DNA of 32,000 bases, from contig JANQNC010000001.1 in the NCBI GenBank assembly GCA_028279745.1, positions 1,230,001 to 1,262,000 on the forward strand, read 5' to 3'. Below, piece after piece: positions 29,303 through 32,000 of this stretch. Below the pieces are notes generated by a model. The model ran no database searches. It saw nothing but the letters and a program-made list of their open reading frames with translations, and was not told the origin of the DNA. Position numbers and translations under genes: made by a program. The first letter of the stretch is position 1. Every line of letters begins with the position of its first letter. Source of the stretch: Candidatus Nanoarchaeia archaeon. Its GTDB lineage: Archaea; Nanobdellota; Nanobdellia; Woesearchaeales; JANQNC01.

Positions 29303-30709
29303 TCACCTTTCAAATAACATATCTTCCATATATCTTTTAACTTTAACATGATGCCTCCTGTCTTTTATAGCATCAGTTGTCTTCAGTATCTTATTAAAAG
29401 TCAAGTTTGCAAACGGATGAAAACCTAACTTGTACGGATCAAAGAAGAATGTGCTCATCTTTGTTTCGTTGTCTTGTTCATAGATTTTTGTAGCAGTCAA
29501 GCAGTATATCCTTTTCTTATTGACCATCTCTTCATTCTTAACACCAAAGTACCAACCTTTTAGGTTCATGTTTACTGGTTTTATGATGTCTTGAAGAACA
29601 TATAGTGCCATCTTGGAAAACATTTCTGAACTGCCCACTATGTAGTGTCCGTCATTGTCTCTGTGGACTCTGCCTTTGCTATCGCTGAAGTATGCGTCTA
29701 TGTCGTAGTCACTGTTGACAGCTTCTGATATGCTGGGGATCATAATTCTTGATCGTGCAAAATATTGTGCAAAAGCTATTGCGTGTGATGGTCTTAGTTC
29801 ACCCAAATGAATCCGCAATTGATATGAGTGTTCTGCATTTATCAGTTTTGCAATCTTTTCTAAAGTCATCTGTTTAGTAAGAACTTTATTCCTGATCTTG
29901 TAATTGCCCTTGTGGAGATTTGACTTGTAACATTTTTTATCATATTCTGCTAACCAGTGTTCAAATACTCTGTTAACTTTTCCTTTTGGGATGGTGTCTA
30001 GTTTTACTGCTTCTTTGTAAGAAGTAAGGCCGTTTAGCAGTTCAGTTCTATATTTAAGAACCATCTTTGAATATTTGTTTAGATCTGCAAGAACTTCTCT
30101 ATATTCTTTTACGGTGTCTTTAGGTGTACACATAAGATCGAATGCAGTTACAAAATTATCGTAATTTGTTGTGTATAAAAGATAGGTGACATCTTTGTCA
30201 TCCATTATCCCTGCATCTCTTAGATAAGAAACAAACTGTTCGCCGCCTTGGAAATGGTCTTTGTCAATGTCCAATAGTTGGAGGCTATTTTTTCTCCAAT
30301 CTGTAAGGTCTATACGAAACCCTGGAGAGGATCTTCTAATCTCTAGCCACTTAGGTTCAATATTCCTGTCTCCAAGTAGAGGAACATCTAACATCCTAAA
30401 CATGTTTTCTTTAGTCATATCCTTAACTTCACTTAGAGTGTAACTTTTTCTTAGGCCGAAAAGACTTTTAGGATTAAACCCTCTTTTCATAGTTGGAAAT
30501 TTCCAAGGAATTTTTGCAAAAGGATTTTCTTTATGTTTAGAGCCTATAGGTTGTTGTTTGTATTTTATCTTATCATTAGCTTTCTTGAACTCTTCTGCAG
30601 CTTCCCTGCCCATCATGAATTCTTCCACATCGAAACCTTTAACTGGAGAAAAATTAATTAAAGTAGCAATCAATGCAGTTGTGATTGTCTTTGCAAAAGA
30701 AATCTTCAT
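29303..30709 (-). CDS. secreted paralog of 27936-29297 with substituted catalytic residues (putative pseudo-transglutaminase-like protein)
   Basis: The start is set at MKISFAKTITTALIATL (ATG at 30709, ATGA overlap with the RHH gene). Homologous blocks include AIAFAQYFARSRI versus AIAFSEYFSRSRI, and GWYFG...ETK...FFFDP. The Cys position reads GSSEMFS (Cys to Ser) and the His position reads Ile. Confidence 0.65.
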   Translation of the reverse strand: MKISFAKTITTALIATLINFSPVKGFDVEEFMMGREAAEEFKKANDKIKYKQQPIGSKHKENPFAKIPWKFPTMKRGFNPKSLFGLRKSYTLSEVKDMTKENMFRMLDVPLLGDRNIEPKWLEIRRSSPGFRIDLTDWRKNSLQLLDIDKDHFQGGEQFVSYLRDAGIMDDKDVTYLLYTTNYDNFVTAFDLMCTPKDTVKEYREVLADLNKYSKMVLKYRTELLNGLTSYKEAVKLDTIPKGKVNRVFEHWLAEYDKKCYKSNLHKGNYKIRNKVLTKQMTLEKIAKLINAEHSYQLRIHLGELRPSHAIAFAQYFARSRIMIPSISEAVNSDYDIDAYFSDSKGRVHRDNDGHYIVGSSEMFSKMALYVLQDIIKPVNMNLKGWYFGVKNEEMVNKKRIYCLTATKIYEQDNETKMSTFFFDPYKLGFHPFANLTFNKILKTTDAIKDRRHHVKVKRYMEDMLFER

Positions 30710-30846
30710 TTTTGTCTCTCCATCAGTTCGTTTACTGCACACTCAACAACATGAGACTTGTTTCTGAAGTTGGTGTTCTTTCTAACTAATTCTTGTATTT
30801 TAGAAACTGTTTTCTCATCTATGGAGATACTGATCCTGCTCTTCAT
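30706..30846 (-). CDS. ribbon-helix-helix (CopG/Arc-like) DNA-binding protein, 46 aa, missing from the track
   Basis: Hand translation gives MKSRISISIDEKTVSKIQELVRKNTNFRNKSHVVECAVNELMERQK: a beta strand RISISI followed by two helices. Leaderless start 25 nt from TTTATAAA (30872-30879). Its TGA overlaps the ATG of the next gene. Confidence 0.65.
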   Translation of the reverse strand: MKSRISISIDEKTVSKIQELVRKNTNFRNKSHVVECAVNELMERQK

Positions 30847-30871
30847 ACTTTATGTGAGAAATTATTACGCC

Positions 30872-30879
30872 TTTATAAA
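30872..30879 (-). promoter_or_regulatory. TATA box for the RHH-transglutaminase-like operon
   Basis: TTTATAAA (self-complementary), 25 nt upstream of the ATG at 30846. Confidence 0.55.
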
Positions 30880-30909
30880 TGTTTGTGTATTTTTACTACC
30901 TTTGAGTAC

Positions 30910-31158
30910 TCATTTTTTCTTCTTAGCAAGCAGTTCTAGAGTTTTAGTTGAGCCCCAGACTGAGATCTTTTGGACAAGCCAGATGCCTCCGCCCATGATT
31001 GCTCCGATCAGTAAAGAAAGAGGTAACTGTCTAAGTTCGAAATCTAAAACGCCCCAAACAAAAATAGCAAAAACTAAACCAAACAAAGGATGAAAGTAAT
31101 CTTTCTTAAGAAACCACTCGTTGTATTTTTTTTCAAGTTTTAGAAGTTTTTTCAGCAT
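30910..31158 (-). CDS. small 2-TM membrane protein (82 aa)
   Basis: Hydrophobic segments LFGLVFAIFVWGVL and LSLLIGAIMGGGIWLV. The start lies 2 nt after the aroD stop. Confidence 0.5.
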   Translation of the reverse strand: MLKKLLKLEKKYNEWFLKKDYFHPLFGLVFAIFVWGVLDFELRQLPLSLLIGAIMGGGIWLVQKISVWGSTKTLELLAKKKK

Positions 31159-31160
31159 TT

Positions 31161-31847
31161 TTAGTAAGTAGGTTCGTAAAAGAGCTCTTTTAAACCACCG
31201 ACAGTTAGTGCTTTCTCTTTGTATTTAAGGTACGCAGACTGAAGCTGGTTAACATTTATTTGTCCAGGAGCAGAAGGCTTTCCAGGTAATGATGCAAAAG
31301 TAAGATAAGAACCATACTCAGGACCTAAAATTCTTGTAACTATTCCTTCAGGACCCATGCAAACACCAATTACTGGGTGAGATGATTTTGCTGTGAATTC
31401 AAGCATCCTTAAACTATCATTAAACGTATTTGCTTTAGCTGCAATCTTAACAATGTCTGCACCCTTATCAAGAGCGCGTGCAAAAAGAGTTTCCATGTTT
31501 TTAGGTAATTCATTAAAATTATGATGAGAAATTATAAGTTCAGTTCCTTTCTTTTCTAAAGGTTGAAAATAATCAAGCTCGATATCAACATAGGCAGCAC
31601 CGATCTCAATAGCTTCTCTTAAATAATCTATTCTTTGCTCTTCACTGCCTTCAAAAAAACCGCCTTCGCGATCAATCCTGTTAGTAACTATTTTAGGAAT
31701 GTTATTGTGTCTGATCAATTTTTCAAGACAAGGATGTCTCATATAATCAATCCTTAATTCAATGATGTCAGCTAGTTTAGCTGCTTCATCCATATCTCTC
31801 AAAGCATCACTCATGTTGTTTGCAGTTATTGGAATTGCGATGTTCAT
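31161..31847 (-). CDS. aroD: 3-dehydroquinate dehydratase, type I
   Basis: IIELRIDYM, NRIDREGG, YVDIELDY, ISHHNF, the active-site Lys context DIVKIAAKA, and CMGPEGIVTRILGPEYGSYLTFASL. Leaderless start 22 nt from the TATA box at 31870-31877. Confidence 0.85.
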   Translation of the reverse strand: MNIAIPITANNMSDALRDMDEAAKLADIIELRIDYMRHPCLEKLIRHNNIPKIVTNRIDREGGFFEGSEEQRIDYLREAIEIGAAYVDIELDYFQPLEKKGTELIISHHNFNELPKNMETLFARALDKGADIVKIAAKANTFNDSLRMLEFTAKSSHPVIGVCMGPEGIVTRILGPEYGSYLTFASLPGKPSAPGQINVNQLQSAYLKYKEKALTVGGLKELFYEPTY

Positions 31848-31869
31848 GATGTATAGAATTAAGAAGAGG

Positions 31870-31877
31870 TATATAAA
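31870..31877 (-). promoter_or_regulatory. TATA box for aroD
   Basis: Minus-strand TTTATATA, 22 nt upstream of the ATG at 31847. Confidence 0.55.
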
Positions 31878-31880
31878 TTT

Positions 31881-32000
31881 TTAGATGAATCGTTTGATTA
31901 TCTTAACATAGTCTTCATTAAGTCCGCCTAACCTAAAGATGACAACTGTGTCAATCTTATTATCTTTACAGAATTTTAAGTCGGTCTCAAACTGTTCAAG
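31881..32000 (-). CDS. C-terminal 39 codons of a gene entering from the right edge
   Basis: Hand translation of the minus strand gives ...LEQFETDLKFCKDNKIDTVVIFRLGGLNEDYVKIIKRFI, with a stop at 31883-31881. The product cannot be identified from this fragment. Confidence 0.45.
   Translation of the reverse strand, partial: LEQFETDLKFCKDNKIDTVVIFRLGGLNEDYVKIIKRFI

Noticed and set aside
11826-31158. Lys-rich C-terminal tails on many proteins (..IKKKKR, ..RYKRKK, ..LRRNKK, ..LRKNKK, ..LAKKKK, ..KRVRK)
   Set aside because: These are most simply explained by A-rich sequence upstream of the next gene's start codon (SD spacer AAAAATG) being read as AAA/AAG codons in overlapping or abutting genes, not by a sorting signal.
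1-32000. CRISPR arrays, tRNA/rRNA genes, and diversity-generating retroelement (TR/VR pairs)
   Set aside because: There are no regularly spaced repeats, no GC-rich cloverleaf-sized islands and no reverse transcriptase. The only long repeats are the promoter modules and the signal-peptide cassettes described above.

Overview
The window is AT-rich (hand counts give about 32 G+C per 100 nt in typical stretches) and very gene-dense. I call about 57 protein-coding genes, more than 90% on the minus strand. I found no rRNA, tRNA, CRISPR array, transposase, integrase, reverse transcriptase or P-loop NTPase (no GxxxxGK[ST] motif in any called ORF).

The promoter grammar looks archaeal. At least 16 first-in-operon genes have a TTTATATA-type box; 13 of them have it ending 20-25 nt upstream of the ATG with no Shine-Dalgarno (SD) sequence, which implies leaderless mRNAs, and three (ATGs 4472, 8287, 11769) have short SD-bearing leaders. 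Internal operon genes carry GGAGG-type SDs or ATGA stop/start overlaps. Together with an AbrB-PhoU fusion regulator and a tandem Lrp/AsnC, I infer an uncultivated, possibly small-genome (DPANN-like) archaeon.

Recognisable genes:
- tandem Lrp/AsnC regulator
- radical SAM/SPASM protein translationally coupled to a squalene/phytoene-synthase-family protein
- trpF, aroE and aroD
- a class-I SAM methyltransferase and a PrmA-like methyltransferase fold
- an HD phosphohydrolase and a SixA-like histidine phosphatase
- three transglutaminase-like (papain-fold) secreted proteins
- a PKD-PKD protein with a T9SS/FlgD-Ig-like C-terminal domain
- AbrB-PhoU, winged-helix (wHTH) and ribbon-helix-helix (RHH) regulators

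Everything else is ORFan by eye.

Most interesting signals:
1. Three near-identical copies of a ~42-bp promoter/operator module (core ATAGTGAACATTATA) each head a long minus-strand operon of ORFans. Together they cover 25 genes at about 11.8-25.5 kb. The operons are rich in secreted, lipobox and membrane-anchored proteins, including a 473-aa protein that reads like an outer-membrane beta-barrel.
2. Gene families share near-identical signal-peptide cassettes at the nucleotide level but have divergent mature parts.
3. An unannotated 46-aa RHH gene is translationally coupled to a tandem pseudoenzyme/enzyme pair of secreted transglutaminase-like proteins.
4. A possible small biosynthetic cluster at the left edge: a CDPS-like fragment divergent from Lrp, radical SAM and a phytoene-synthase-like protein.

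All family assignments are motif matches from memory, not database searches.
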